From NCBI GenBank assembly GCA_034722035.1, contig JAYENK010000014.1:1-50986 (forward strand): a stretch of 50,986 bases of DNA, given 5' to 3'. Positions 9,346 to 18,877 of this stretch are shown piece by piece (positions within the stretch are counted from its first letter, which is position 1; the number at the start of each line of letters is the position of its first letter). Under the pieces are notes generated by a model, which was not told the origin of the DNA, did no database searches, and saw only the letters and a program-made list of their open reading frames with translations. Source of the stretch: Patescibacteria group bacterium. GTDB taxonomy: Bacteria; Patescibacteriota; Patescibacteriia; Patescibacteriales; UBA12075. The translations under genes were made by a program, and so were the position numbers.

Positions 9346-9428
9346 ATGATGCGAATACACGAATGAATACAAATGGCGCGAATCAATTATATTCGTATCA
9401 TTTGTATTTATTCGTGTATTCGCACCAT
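9346..9428. repeat. 83-bp near-perfect palindrome (30-bp arms) rich in CGAAT/ATTCG units, in a divergent promoter region
   Basis: Left arm ATGATGCGAATACACGAATGAATACAAATG (9346-9375) pairs with right arm CATTTGTATTTATTCGTGTATTCGCACCAT (9399-9428), with 2 imperfect positions. The loop holds a smaller CGAAT..ATTCG hairpin. Confidence 0.75.
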
Positions 9429-9529
9429 ATTATTATTATAGTTTAACTTGATTTTTAAATCAATTTATGGTAAAGTCTAGTAAATATTATAGCTGACGAG
9501 GTTATAAATTTTTTTGTTTATTTAATATT

Positions 9530-10279
9530 ATGTCCGGACACAGTAAATGGTCTACAATCAAACGAGCCAAAGGAGTCAAAGACGCTAAGCGTGGCGCAAT
9601 TTTTACGAAGCTGGGGAATTTGATTACAATCGCAGCCAAAGACAAGGGGGCGGATATGGATACGAATTTTAGTTTGCGTATGGCCGTAGATAAAGCTAAG
9701 ACAGTTAATATGCCTAAAGATAATATTGAACGAGCGATTAAGCGTGGAACCGGTGAGTTTCAAGGGGAGGTAATTGAAGAATTATATTATGAGGGGATTG
9801 GTCCGGCAAGTAGCCAGGTTATCGTAAAGTCTTTGACTGATAACAAAAATCGGAGCGCTTCCACTGTTCGCCATATTTTTTCTAAGTATGGCGGTTCTTT
9901 GGGAGCTGTAATGTGGAATTTTGAGCAGAAAGGGGTTGTACGAATTAAAAATGAAAAATTAATCCTTCGGCAGGGCTCAGGACAGGAAATTAAAAATTTA
10001 GAATTAGATAGTATCGAGTTAGACTTAATTGAAGTAGGTGTAGATGATATTAAAAGCGAAAAAGAGGGAATTACTGTTATTACTAAAGTAGGGGATTTGC
10101 AGGCTGTTAAGAAGTATTTTGATAATAAGGAAGTTGAGATTGAATCGGCTGAGATTGAATATATTGCTAAAGATGAAATTAAGCTTGAGGATGGCGACGT
10201 AGAAAAATATGAGAAATTTATTGAAGAATTGGATGATTGCGAAGACGTGGCGGATTATTATTCTAATGTGAAAATATGA
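9530..10279 (+). CDS. yebC: YebC/PmpR family DNA-binding transcriptional regulator
   Basis: MSGHSKWSTIKRAKGVKDAKRG.IFTKL is the canonical N-terminus. 249 aa, upstream of ruvC as in many bacteria. Confidence 0.9.
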   Translation: MSGHSKWSTIKRAKGVKDAKRGAIFTKLGNLITIAAKDKGADMDTNFSLRMAVDKAKTVNMPKDNIERAIKRGTGEFQGEVIEELYYEGIGPASSQVIVKSLTDNKNRSASTVRHIFSKYGGSLGAVMWNFEQKGVVRIKNEKLILRQGSGQEIKNLELDSIELDLIEVGVDDIKSEKEGITVITKVGDLQAVKKYFDNKEVEIESAEIEYIAKDEIKLEDGDVEKYEKFIEELDDCEDVADYYSNVKI

Positions 10280-10746
10280 GTAATAAAATTTTAGGAATTG
10301 ATCCGGGGATTGCGGACACTGGCTGGGGCGTGATTGAGAATAATAAAGGTAAATTAAAATGTTTGGCTTATGGTTCAATTAAAACGAGCGCGAAGAAAGA
10401 ATTGCCTGAACGATTAACTGAGTTGCATCGAGAACTTGATGATGTTATAAAAAAATATCAACCAAAATTAGTTGGTGTGGAAGAATTATTTTTTTGTAAA
10501 AATGTTAAAACCGCCTTGATAGTCGGACAAGCACGTGGAGTAATTCTTTTGACTATAAAACAAAATAATTTAAATCCACGCGAATATACTCCTTTGCAAA
10601 TTAAGCAAGCTGTTAGTTCTTATGGCAAGGCTGATAAAGGACAAGTACAGCGTATGGTAAAAATAATGTTAAATTTGAAAGAAATTCCCAAGCCGGATGA
10701 CGCTGCTGACGCTCTGGCAGTCGCGATTTGTATGGTTAATTCGTGA
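10276..10746 (+). CDS. ruvC: Crossover junction endodeoxyribonuclease RuvC
   Basis: ILGIDPG...TGWGVIE ... VEELFF..N..TAL..GQARG ... PDDAADALAVAIC are the catalytic D/E/D/D blocks of RuvC. It overlaps yebC by 4 nt. Confidence 0.9.
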   Translation: MSNKILGIDPGIADTGWGVIENNKGKLKCLAYGSIKTSAKKELPERLTELHRELDDVIKKYQPKLVGVEELFFCKNVKTALIVGQARGVILLTIKQNNLNPREYTPLQIKQAVSSYGKADKGQVQRMVKIMLNLKEIPKPDDAADALAVAICMVNS

Positions 10747-12242
10747 TTGTTATAAATAATATGCTAAAGAAAAAATTAAAAATAGTATTTGTAGCGTCCG
10801 AGGTTTCGCCTTTTTCCAAGTCCGGCGGACTGGCTGATGTAATGCGAAGCTTGCCCAAAGCGGTTAAGCGTGCTGGACATGAGGTTTCAATTATCACGCC
10901 GCTTTATGGGCAGGTTATTGATAAAAAAAAGTACAAATTAAAAGAGATTTTTCATAATGAAAAAATATATTTGAATTCGAAAGAATCGATTCGGATTAAT
11001 TTTTGGCAAGGTGAAGCGATGGATTCTTTGCCGATTTATTTTGTAGAATGCAAAAAATATTTTTCCAGGAAAAAAGCTTTATATATGTCTGGCCATGAAA
11101 ATGCCAGATTTTTAGTTTTTAATGTAGCTACTCTAAAATTATTATCATTATTAAAATATCAAGCCGATATTATTAATTGTCATGATTGGCAAACCGGTTT
11201 AATTCCTTATTATTTAAAAACTGATTTTCGTTATTCCAAGACTCTTAAAAAAACTAAAACTTTATTTACGATACATAATTTAATTTTTCAACTCGGAACA
11301 GATTGGTGGATAATTCCCCCTAAAGAGAGGGATAATGGGCGCAGGCGTGTTCCCCATTTGTCCGACCCCTATATTGAAAAAATAAATTTTGCTAAGCGCG
11401 CAATTTTATCGGCCAATGCTATCTCTACCGTATCGGAGCAGTATCGCGAAGAGATAATGACCAGACATTACGGTCAAGATTTGCATGTTATTTTGAAAAA
11501 CCGTAGGAAGCGCTTGTTTGGCATTGTCAACGGTATTGATTATGCTGATTTTAATCCCAATAATGACCCAGGAATGCATTGTAATTATAATGATAAAACT
11601 TTTCAAAAAAAGAAGTTAAATAAAGCTTATTTGCAGAAAAAATTTGGATTGAAAGTTGACTCAAAAATACCTCTATTATGCGGAACTTCGCGCGTAACTT
11701 ATCAAAAAGGTTTTGAATTATTATTGAAAATAATGGATCATTTAACGGGGCTTAATTTGCAGATTATTATTATGGGCGGGGGAGACAAAATTTATATTAA
11801 AGAATATAAGCGAATTGCTCGTAAGTATCCGCGACGATTTGTAATCTTGCCGACGCATGAGCAAAATCAAAAATACGAGACTTTAGCTTTTGCTGGTAGT
11901 GATTATTTTCTTTTGCCTTCGCATATGGAGCCTTGCGGAATCAATCAGATGAAGGCGATGCGCTATGGCTGTGTGCCGATTGTGCGAAAAGTGGGAGGAC
12001 TGCATGATACTGTTAATAATTTTAATCCCGGAACAGGCAAGGGAACCGGATTTGTTTTTAAATATTTTAATGAGTTTTCTTTGTATGGCGGAATTGTGCG
12101 TGCTTTGGAAGCTTACAAAAACATTGAATTTTATAATAAATTGGCGCAAAAAGTAATGCATAAATCAAATTCCTGGGAAATTCCGGCTAAAAAATATGTC
12201 AGCCTTTATCGCAAGATTATGCGATTTCAAAATGTAGAATAA
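10743..12242 (+). CDS. glgA: Glycogen/starch synthase (GT5, GlgA-like), paralog 1. The track start is GTG at 10743; ATG at 10761 is equally plausible.
   Basis: KIVFVASEVSPFSKSGGLADV is the K-X-G-G-L motif. Other blocks are HDWQTGLIP, TIHNL.FQ and SHMEPCGINQMKAMRYGCVPIVRKVGGLHDTV. Confidence 0.85.
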   Translation: MIVINNMLKKKLKIVFVASEVSPFSKSGGLADVMRSLPKAVKRAGHEVSIITPLYGQVIDKKKYKLKEIFHNEKIYLNSKESIRINFWQGEAMDSLPIYFVECKKYFSRKKALYMSGHENARFLVFNVATLKLLSLLKYQADIINCHDWQTGLIPYYLKTDFRYSKTLKKTKTLFTIHNLIFQLGTDWWIIPPKERDNGRRRVPHLSDPYIEKINFAKRAILSANAISTVSEQYREEIMTRHYGQDLHVILKNRRKRLFGIVNGIDYADFNPNNDPGMHCNYNDKTFQKKKLNKAYLQKKFGLKVDSKIPLLCGTSRVTYQKGFELLLKIMDHLTGLNLQIIIMGGGDKIYIKEYKRIARKYPRRFVILPTHEQNQKYETLAFAGSDYFLLPSHMEPCGINQMKAMRYGCVPIVRKVGGLHDTVNNFNPGTGKGTGFVFKYFNEFSLYGGIVRALEAYKNIEFYNKLAQKVMHKSNSWEIPAKKYVSLYRKIMRFQNVE

Positions 12243-12243
12243 T

Positions 12244-13428
12244 ATGCTTTGGATTAATTTTTTACATTTATATCAACCGGTGCATACGGACGCGTATTTT
12301 ATCAAAGAGGCGACCGAGAAAAGTTATAAACGTATTATTAGCGCGCTTGAAGCTCACCCCGAGATTGGGTTCACTTTAAATATTAACACTTGCCTTTTTT
12401 TACGTTGGGAGGAGTTGGGGTATTCGGGTTTGATTAAGAGAATTGCTGTGTTGCTTGAGCGAGGGCAAATCGAATTAACCGGCAACGCCGCTTATCATCC
12501 GCTGCTTCCTTTAATTCCCAAAGAAGAACTTGAACGCCAGATTAAGGAAAGTGAAGATATTTTTCGCAAGCATTTTGGTGAAAAATATAAGCCACGTGGT
12601 TTTTTTATGTCCGAAATGGCCTATGGCAAAGAGGCGGCCAAAGCGATCAAAGAGCTTGGCTATGAATGGATTATTTTGGATGAGATTACTTATAATGGAA
12701 GATTAAAACAAGTTGATTTTCGTAAATGCCATATTGACAAGGAGAGCAAGCTGAAATTAATTTTTCGTTCCAGAAAGTTAAGCAGTGATTATGTGCCCAA
12801 ACTAATCAATAAATTATTAGATAAAGCCAATGGTAAAATTGTAGCGATAACCGCGACTGATGCTGAGCTTTATGGACTTAGATATAATGATATTCACAAT
12901 GAACTGGGTAAATTATTTAAAGACGAACGCCTGGAAACAAAATTGATTTCAGATTATCTTGATTTGGCGTGTACAAGTAAAGCAGGCAAAGAAATTAATT
13001 TAGTTTCTTCTAACTGGGAATCAACCGAGCGGGAGCTTAAAGAGAAGCGAGCTTATTCATCATGGAAAGATAACAAAAAGGATATCCATAAAAAATTATG
13101 GCAACTGACCAATCATGTTTATACAACCGTATGCGAACATCAGGATGATGATAATTATTATTGGGCGCGTTGGCATTTGGTGCGCGGTCTTTCCAGTTGT
13201 ACTTTTTGGTGGGCCTCGGGCAAAGATTTTCGTTATATTTTTGGTCCATACGCTTGGAATCCGGACGAGATTGAACGTGGCACGAATGAATTAGTTCGTT
13301 CAATTAGAGCCATTAACAATGAACTGACTATTGCCGATAAAATAAAAGCTGAACATTTATTTGTTGAAATAAAAAAAATAGTCTGGGAAAAACACTGGAT
13401 CTATTATTGGAAAAAAGTTATTAATTAA
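12244..13428 (+). CDS. Glycoside hydrolase family 57-like protein (alpha-glucan active)
   Basis: Blocks resemble GH57 conserved regions: INFLHLYQP (H.HQP-like), GQIELTGNAAYHPLLPL, FFMSEMAY (W.PE.A-like nucleophile region) and ATDAELYG (D.E.FG-like). It sits between glgA and other sugar genes. Confidence 0.6.
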   Translation: MLWINFLHLYQPVHTDAYFIKEATEKSYKRIISALEAHPEIGFTLNINTCLFLRWEELGYSGLIKRIAVLLERGQIELTGNAAYHPLLPLIPKEELERQIKESEDIFRKHFGEKYKPRGFFMSEMAYGKEAAKAIKELGYEWIILDEITYNGRLKQVDFRKCHIDKESKLKLIFRSRKLSSDYVPKLINKLLDKANGKIVAITATDAELYGLRYNDIHNELGKLFKDERLETKLISDYLDLACTSKAGKEINLVSSNWESTERELKEKRAYSSWKDNKKDIHKKLWQLTNHVYTTVCEHQDDDNYYWARWHLVRGLSSCTFWWASGKDFRYIFGPYAWNPDEIERGTNELVRSIRAINNELTIADKIKAEHLFVEIKKIVWEKHWIYYWKKVIN

Positions 13429-13430
13429 TT

Positions 13431-14450
13431 ATGAATAAAGCCAATCAGTTGTTAGATAAGCGATTCATGCTTGCTTATTTAAAGAAAAAGGTTTTGCCGC
13501 GCTATCCTTATTTTTCTGACATTAAAAGTATTAAATTAATCTTGCATAAAGATTACGTTTGGGAAGGAGACGCTTATCATGTTGTAATTGAATATTGTAC
13601 TCGTTTTGTTACGGCGGAAGATAAAATTCGATCTTTACCAATTTTTTGTTCGGCTCATTGGGAAGAACCGCGTAAAAATGTTTATGATAGTTTAAATTTT
13701 TTGTGGCAGCATGATTTTGATAAAAGTTATTTAACCATTCCCCATCCTTTATTTTATTCCAAAGAATTTCGAGGAGTATTTTATCGCGGTGTTAGTGGCA
13801 AAAGTTTTTATCATTATATTAAAAATAATGATCGTAAAACAATAGAGGCAATAATACCGAAAATAGCAAAATGGTTTGCCAAACTGCATAATTTAAATAT
13901 CAAAGAGGCTAAAAACTTTAATCAAGCCAACAGTCGAGTTGAAACTACTTTTCCCGGTTTGCCCCATATTTATCGACGGATAGAAGAAAAATATCCGGAG
14001 TATTCTCGTGATTATAGATTAATTTTTAGTATAATTAATCAGCGGGAGAAAGATTTTTTTCGTAATAATAAAACGCGCTGGCTTATTCATGGTGACGCAC
14101 ATCCGGGAAACGTGATCAAAATGGGCAAGAAAAAGATTGCTTTTATCGATTATACCGATATTTGCCTTTCTGATTTTACGCGTGACATTGGTACGTTTAT
14201 GCAACAGCTTGAATATATGATTAAACGCAAGCTAAAAGACGCAGGTTATGCTGATTATTTGCTAAATCTGTTTATTCAAAAATATTTTTTCAAAAGTAAG
14301 ACCAGCTTGGATCGGGATATCAAAGAACGGATTGATAATTATTATTATTGGACCACTATGCGTACTGCCACTTTCTTTTTGCTGAAAAGTGAAGCCGAGC
14401 CAGAACGAGCGAGACCGTTAATTGAAAAAGTTTTACAAGAGTTTAAATAA
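13431..14450 (+). CDS. Phosphotransferase-family kinase (APH/CotS/maltokinase-like fold)
   Basis: 339 aa with the catalytic-loop motif LIHGDAHPGNV followed by FIDYTD (the HGD....N ... D..D signature of the aminoglycoside phosphotransferase-like kinase superfamily). Confidence 0.6.
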   Translation: MNKANQLLDKRFMLAYLKKKVLPRYPYFSDIKSIKLILHKDYVWEGDAYHVVIEYCTRFVTAEDKIRSLPIFCSAHWEEPRKNVYDSLNFLWQHDFDKSYLTIPHPLFYSKEFRGVFYRGVSGKSFYHYIKNNDRKTIEAIIPKIAKWFAKLHNLNIKEAKNFNQANSRVETTFPGLPHIYRRIEEKYPEYSRDYRLIFSIINQREKDFFRNNKTRWLIHGDAHPGNVIKMGKKKIAFIDYTDICLSDFTRDIGTFMQQLEYMIKRKLKDAGYADYLLNLFIQKYFFKSKTSLDRDIKERIDNYYYWTTMRTATFFLLKSEAEPERARPLIEKVLQEFK

Positions 14451-14455
14451 ATTTT

Positions 14456-15319
14456 ATGTTAATTGATCTTCAGCTTCATTCAACTTATTCGGATGGATAC
14501 TTGACGCCGACCGCGGTGGCGAGGTTTTTGAAAAAAAATAAAGTACGTGCAGCTGCTCTTACTGACCATAATACAGTGAGCGGGCTGAGTGAATTTTTTA
14601 AAGCCTGTAAGCAATTAAAGATTAAAACAATTACCGGCATTGAATTGTATGTGCGTGATAGCAGTAGTCGTTTTAATATTCTTTGGTATAATTTTGATTC
14701 GGTTCGTCCGGAATTACACGATCTTTTGCGTAATAGCCAGGTTCGGCGTCGACGTAGTATTCGTTCTATTTTAAATAAATTAGTTGATGCTGGCTTTGAA
14801 ATGAACGTGAATGCAACTCTTGATAAATACAATCATTATGTGCCGGTAAATCAAATGGTGTCTGAATTAATAGGTGATAAAAATAATTTTAAAAAAATTC
14901 AAAAAGAATTAAAAACAAATAATCCCCGTGAAGAAAAAATTATTAAATATTATTTTCGTAATAAAAAATTTGGTATTCTCCGGGAAACTTATATTAATTT
15001 TGATAAAATAATAAAATTACGCAAAATTATTGGTGGACAATTAATCTTGTGTCATCCGGCTAAATATGGTAATTTGCGTAAAGACAAGATTATTCGTTTA
15101 AAAAAGGCCGGTTTGGATGGCGTTGAAGTTTTGTCTCCCCATCACTCCTACGGAGCCATTGTATATATTCAACATTTGGCGCATAAATTTGATTTAATCG
15201 AAACCGGTGGTTCCGACTTTCATCGTTACGAAGGGCATGACATGCCAATTCAAAGCTCATCAAATTATTTTCAAATCGAATCAAAATATTTGAAAGACGT
15301 GAAAAAAATTATTGGATAA
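14456..15319 (+). CDS. PHP-domain metal-dependent phosphoesterase (TrpH/YciV-like)
   Basis: N-terminal IDLQLHSTYSDG....P......K......ALTDHNTVSG is the classic PHP motif I/II. C-terminal GGSDFH is present. Confidence 0.75.
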   Translation: MLIDLQLHSTYSDGYLTPTAVARFLKKNKVRAAALTDHNTVSGLSEFFKACKQLKIKTITGIELYVRDSSSRFNILWYNFDSVRPELHDLLRNSQVRRRRSIRSILNKLVDAGFEMNVNATLDKYNHYVPVNQMVSELIGDKNNFKKIQKELKTNNPREEKIIKYYFRNKKFGILRETYINFDKIIKLRKIIGGQLILCHPAKYGNLRKDKIIRLKKAGLDGVEVLSPHHSYGAIVYIQHLAHKFDLIETGGSDFHRYEGHDMPIQSSSNYFQIESKYLKDVKKIIG

Positions 15320-15325
15320 TTAATT

Positions 15326-16600
15326 ATGAAAAAAGCTGTTATTTTTACTGGTTTAGTAAAAGTTGATAAAAATTTAGTGGGTACCGCTGTGATTTACCAA
15401 AAAATCGCGGATATTTTGTTGCGTCAAGGCTACGCAGTTGGTATGGTGGTGCCGGAGCAAAATAATTTAAAAAATAAAATTAATTATTATACTTGGAGTG
15501 AAAAAAACAATAAAAAATTGATTAACTCGTCTGATTTGGTTATTTTTGGGGCTTATCCGCCGGTTGAACCGATGTATTATGCTTATCAGAAAAAGAAAAC
15601 AATTATTACATATCTTTGGAGCATTGCTCCGGTTGGTTCACTTGAGTTTAAAGATTTTGCTTCTATAAATAAACAGCGCGGTTTGCATTACTATATTAAT
15701 GCTTCGTATAATCTTTCTTTGTTGTTATCTGATAAAATATTTTGTCGAAACGAACGGGTGCGTAATTTAGTCTTGGGCTCATTGCTTGCTCTTGGTAGAG
15801 TTGACCTTAAAAATTATCAAGGAGACAAGACTCTAAGAAATTTGATTGATACGGCTCCTTTTGGTATTGAGGCGCGTGCACCTAAACATAAAAAAAATAT
15901 TTATCGTGGAGTGATTAAAGGAATTAAGGATGATGATTTTTTGTTGATCTGGAATGGTGGGGTTTGGAATTGGAACGATGGTGAGACCCTGATTAAGACT
16001 ATGAAGTTGATTAGAGAAAAATATAACAAGAAAAATATAAAGCTGATTTTGCAAGGGTTTAAACATCCGGATGAAAATCAGAAGTTGTCGCAAGAGGCTC
16101 AGAGAACTTTGGACTTAATAGAAAAATATGAATTGGAAGACAAAAATATTTTTATAGCTCATTGGCTTGCTTTTAAAGAGAGAGAAAATTATTTAACCGA
16201 GTGTGATGCTGGCATTGTGACGGCCCCAAACATTCCAGAGGCCAATTTTTTTCTTAAAACTCGCATTTATGATTATCTTTGGGCTGATCTTCCGGTAGTT
16301 CTGGGAGACAATGAGGCATTTGCGCCGTTTATAAATCAAATGAAGCTAGGTCTTGTTGCTAAGTGTGGAACGCCGCAAGATTTTACCAAAAAAATAATCG
16401 CACTTGAGAAAAGTTCAGCTATGAGGGCGGGTATCAAGAACAATATTAAAACAATCAAAAAAAACTTAAACTGGAATAAAACTTTGGAGAAAGTAAAAGA
16501 GTATTTTAAAAATCCTGAGAAAGATAAATTGAAATATGTAAGTGGCCGATCCTTGTATAGGGAAAACATAAAAAATAATTTGAATATAATAAATAAGTAA
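15326..16600 (+). CDS. Putative GT-B fold glycosyltransferase
   Basis: 424 aa with an alternating alpha/beta pattern and an FLLIWNGG ... KLILQG ... E-containing C-terminal half reminiscent of GT1/GT4 enzymes. No sharp motif; the call rests mainly on context. Confidence 0.4.
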   Translation: MKKAVIFTGLVKVDKNLVGTAVIYQKIADILLRQGYAVGMVVPEQNNLKNKINYYTWSEKNNKKLINSSDLVIFGAYPPVEPMYYAYQKKKTIITYLWSIAPVGSLEFKDFASINKQRGLHYYINASYNLSLLLSDKIFCRNERVRNLVLGSLLALGRVDLKNYQGDKTLRNLIDTAPFGIEARAPKHKKNIYRGVIKGIKDDDFLLIWNGGVWNWNDGETLIKTMKLIREKYNKKNIKLILQGFKHPDENQKLSQEAQRTLDLIEKYELEDKNIFIAHWLAFKERENYLTECDAGIVTAPNIPEANFFLKTRIYDYLWADLPVVLGDNEAFAPFINQMKLGLVAKCGTPQDFTKKIIALEKSSAMRAGIKNNIKTIKKNLNWNKTLEKVKEYFKNPEKDKLKYVSGRSLYRENIKNNLNIINK

Positions 16601-16602
16601 TT

Positions 16603-17502
16603 ATGAAAACAAAAGGAAAAATTGGGATTATTGTGATGAAGCCTCATTGGGGGGAATTAAATAATATTTTTTATTCTCGTATTGAGGAAGAAATAAGACA
16701 TTTTGGCTACACACCAGAAATATTGCATTATGATAAATTTTTTATTGAGATCAAAAAATCTTTAAAATTTTACTATGATGAGAAAAATTTTAAAGTGAAT
16801 GATTACAAAATGTTTTTTTTGACTCTTTTCGGCTCAGTTAATAATTTTTTCTTGGCTGAAGCTTTGTTGTCTGCAGGCGCAAACATAAAAAATAGTTTAG
16901 CAGCGATTAATAATGCCAATGATAAAGCCAAAACGCATTTATTACTCAGTCGAGATGGCATTAAAACTTTGTCGGCCTATATGAATTTTTCCCAGTATGA
17001 TTGGAGGCCACTTTTTTCCGCTATTTCTGATGACAAATATATTGTCAAAGTCAGAAACGGATCTTGGGGGGCGGGAGTTTCTCGTGTTGACTCAAAGATG
17101 TCTTTGATCTCAACCCAGGAGTTAATGGCTTCGAGCGGAATTGACACTTCGGCTTTGATATTTCAAAAGTATTATGAAGAAACAGCTGGTACTGACATGC
17201 GTGTCATCGTGGCCGGTAAAAAAATAGTAGCGGCGATGGAGCGACGGTCCAAGGGAATGGATTTTCGCGCTAATTTATTTGGTGGTGGGAAAGCTATTAA
17301 AATTGAGCCGAGTGAAAAGATTAAAAAAATGGCGATTCAGGCGATTAAAGTTTTAGGACTCAATTATGGCGGAGTTGATATTTTGAAGACAAAACAAGGG
17401 CCGATGGTTTTGGAAGTTAATGCCAACCCAGGACTCAAAATCGAAGAGTATACGGGCGTGAATGTGGCACGCGGGATTGTTAAGGAGCTTTTGAAAGATT
17501 GA
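16603..17502 (+). CDS. RimK-type ATP-grasp ligase (alpha-L-glutamate ligase-like)
   Basis: YIVKVRNGSWGAGVSRV, DMRVIVAGKKIVAAMERRS..DFRANL..GG and YGGVDIL....GPMVLEVNANPG are ATP-grasp/RimK blocks. Confidence 0.75.
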   Translation: MKTKGKIGIIVMKPHWGELNNIFYSRIEEEIRHFGYTPEILHYDKFFIEIKKSLKFYYDEKNFKVNDYKMFFLTLFGSVNNFFLAEALLSAGANIKNSLAAINNANDKAKTHLLLSRDGIKTLSAYMNFSQYDWRPLFSAISDDKYIVKVRNGSWGAGVSRVDSKMSLISTQELMASSGIDTSALIFQKYYEETAGTDMRVIVAGKKIVAAMERRSKGMDFRANLFGGGKAIKIEPSEKIKKMAIQAIKVLGLNYGGVDILKTKQGPMVLEVNANPGLKIEEYTGVNVARGIVKELLKD

Positions 17503-17550
17503 CAATTTATTAATCAAAAGATATACTTAAGTTAATCTAAAGATTAACTT
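17499..17550 (+). promoter_or_regulatory. Promoter plus palindromic operator of the Phd/RelE cassette
   Basis: TTGACA (17499-17504, overlapping the upstream stop codon), 17 nt, TATACT (17522-17527). It is followed by the perfect inverted repeat AAGTTAATC-TAAA-GATTAACTT (17529-17550), 8 nt before the antitoxin ATG. Confidence 0.5.
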
Positions 17551-17558
17551 ATCAATTT

Positions 17559-17783
17559 ATGGAAAATATAATAGGACTAAAAGAGTTTAGATTAAATGTT
17601 GATAAATTTGCCAATCGAGCCTCAAAGGAAGGGCCAATCACTGTTTTTAAAAGATCTAAACCGTTGTTTAAAATTTCCGCGGTAAATGATAATGTTTCTA
17701 GCGGCGAATGGGAAGAAGTAATTGATTTTACTAAAATTAAAAAGGGAGGAGTAAATATTGACGACATCCTTTCCCGACTTTGA
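17559..17783 (+). CDS. Type II antitoxin, Phd/YefM-like
   Basis: 74 aa. The N-terminus IIGLKEFRLNVDKFANRASKEGPITVFKRSKPLFKI resembles the Phd/YefM fold. Its stop overlaps the start region of the next small gene. Confidence 0.6.
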   Translation: MENIIGLKEFRLNVDKFANRASKEGPITVFKRSKPLFKISAVNDNVSSGEWEEVIDFTKIKKGGVNIDDILSRL

Positions 17784-17785
17784 TT

Positions 17786-18031
17786 ATGGATAAATTAGCT
17801 AAAGCTTTAAAAAAATTATTAGTCAAAGAAAAAAAACAGGTTAAAGCAATTTTTGCTAGCTTAAAAAGATATGATTTTGACGGACTGGACATAAAAAAAT
17901 TAAAAGGAAGAGATAATATTTATCGTGTACGCAAAGGAAACTTGCGTATTATTTATTATAATAAAGAAAAAGAAATAAGTATTTTGGCGCTTGAGCGTCG
18001 GTCAGACAATACTTATAAAACATTAAAATGA
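17786..18031 (+). CDS. Type II toxin, RelE/ParE family (an alternative TTG start at 17780 overlaps the antitoxin stop)
   Basis: LKGRDNIYRVRKGNLRIIYYNKEKEISILALERRSDNTYK is the typical RelE/ParE core (L.G....YR.R.G.YRIIY........I....R..vY). Confidence 0.7.
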   Translation: MDKLAKALKKLLVKEKKQVKAIFASLKRYDFDGLDIKKLKGRDNIYRVRKGNLRIIYYNKEKEISILALERRSDNTYKTLK

Positions 18032-18870
18032 AAATAGGTTTTTGGGATGTGCAAATTGATATTGAAAAAGCTTTTTTGGAGTGCGGGCATAAGGTAGTGG
18101 CTTTGGATTTTCACAAGAGTGATTGGCAGAATGATTTTGTTAAAGCTGATTGTGATGCCTACGTTTGGTATCCGCATGCGTTGCACAAAGAATATTATAA
18201 ATTATTGGATCGGGCCGGGTTTATTGAATTCTTTTTGAGCAAGCGCGCTTTTCCTAATGTACGTACCAGCTATTTGTTTCAAGATAAAATGCGTCAGGAG
18301 TACGTTTTTGATTTATTAAGAATTCCTCAACCTAAAACTATAATTTTAACCAGTCAGGCAGAAATAAATAAATTTTTAAAATTAAAGATTAAATTTCCCT
18401 TAATTGTGAAAGACATGTGGAATTATGGTGGTTATGGGATTTTTGTTTTGAAGAATAAAAAAGAACTAGAAAAATATATTGCGAAAAAAAGAATTCCTAA
18501 AAACAAGGAAAATGTTATCCAAAAACATTATTTATATTTGCAGGAATATATTGATTTGCGTGAGGAGTATCGAGTAATGACGGTCGGGCAAAAAATTATT
18601 TTGGTTTATCGCAAAAAGGCGGACAAATTTTTGGGTCATGTCTGGCGTGGAGCTAAAGTTGATTTTGAAGTTAAAAAAGATGTTTTGGATTTTGTTAGAA
18701 AATATAATAAAATTTTAAAATTAGATTGCTGTGGTTGGGATTTGGCACGGAACAAGCAAGGTAAATTAAAAATAATAGAACTAAACCCGATTGCTGGCAC
18801 GAAAATTTTGGAAGAGCAGGGAATTAGTTTGGCGGAGCATATAGCCGAATATGTGGAGAAAGTGCTATAA
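18028..18870 (+). CDS. Second ATP-grasp domain protein (divergent)
   Basis: FPLIVKDMWNYGGYGIFVLKN, LQEYIDLREEYRVMTVG and WDLARNKQGKLKIIELNP resemble the ATP-grasp K / G-rich loop / E..N pattern. Its ATG overlaps the toxin stop (ATGA). Confidence 0.55.
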   Translation: MKIGFWDVQIDIEKAFLECGHKVVALDFHKSDWQNDFVKADCDAYVWYPHALHKEYYKLLDRAGFIEFFLSKRAFPNVRTSYLFQDKMRQEYVFDLLRIPQPKTIILTSQAEINKFLKLKIKFPLIVKDMWNYGGYGIFVLKNKKELEKYIAKKRIPKNKENVIQKHYLYLQEYIDLREEYRVMTVGQKIILVYRKKADKFLGHVWRGAKVDFEVKKDVLDFVRKYNKILKLDCCGWDLARNKQGKLKIIELNPIAGTKILEEQGISLAEHIAEYVEKVL

Positions 18871-18877
18871 TAAAAAC

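Noticed and set aside
18851-18877. The upstream ATG at 18851 as the start of the second glgA.
   Set aside because: It would overlap the preceding ATP-grasp gene by 20 nt and add a non-conserved MWRKCYNKN extension. ATG 18878 directly precedes the conserved KVLMAAAE..KVGGLADV N-terminus.
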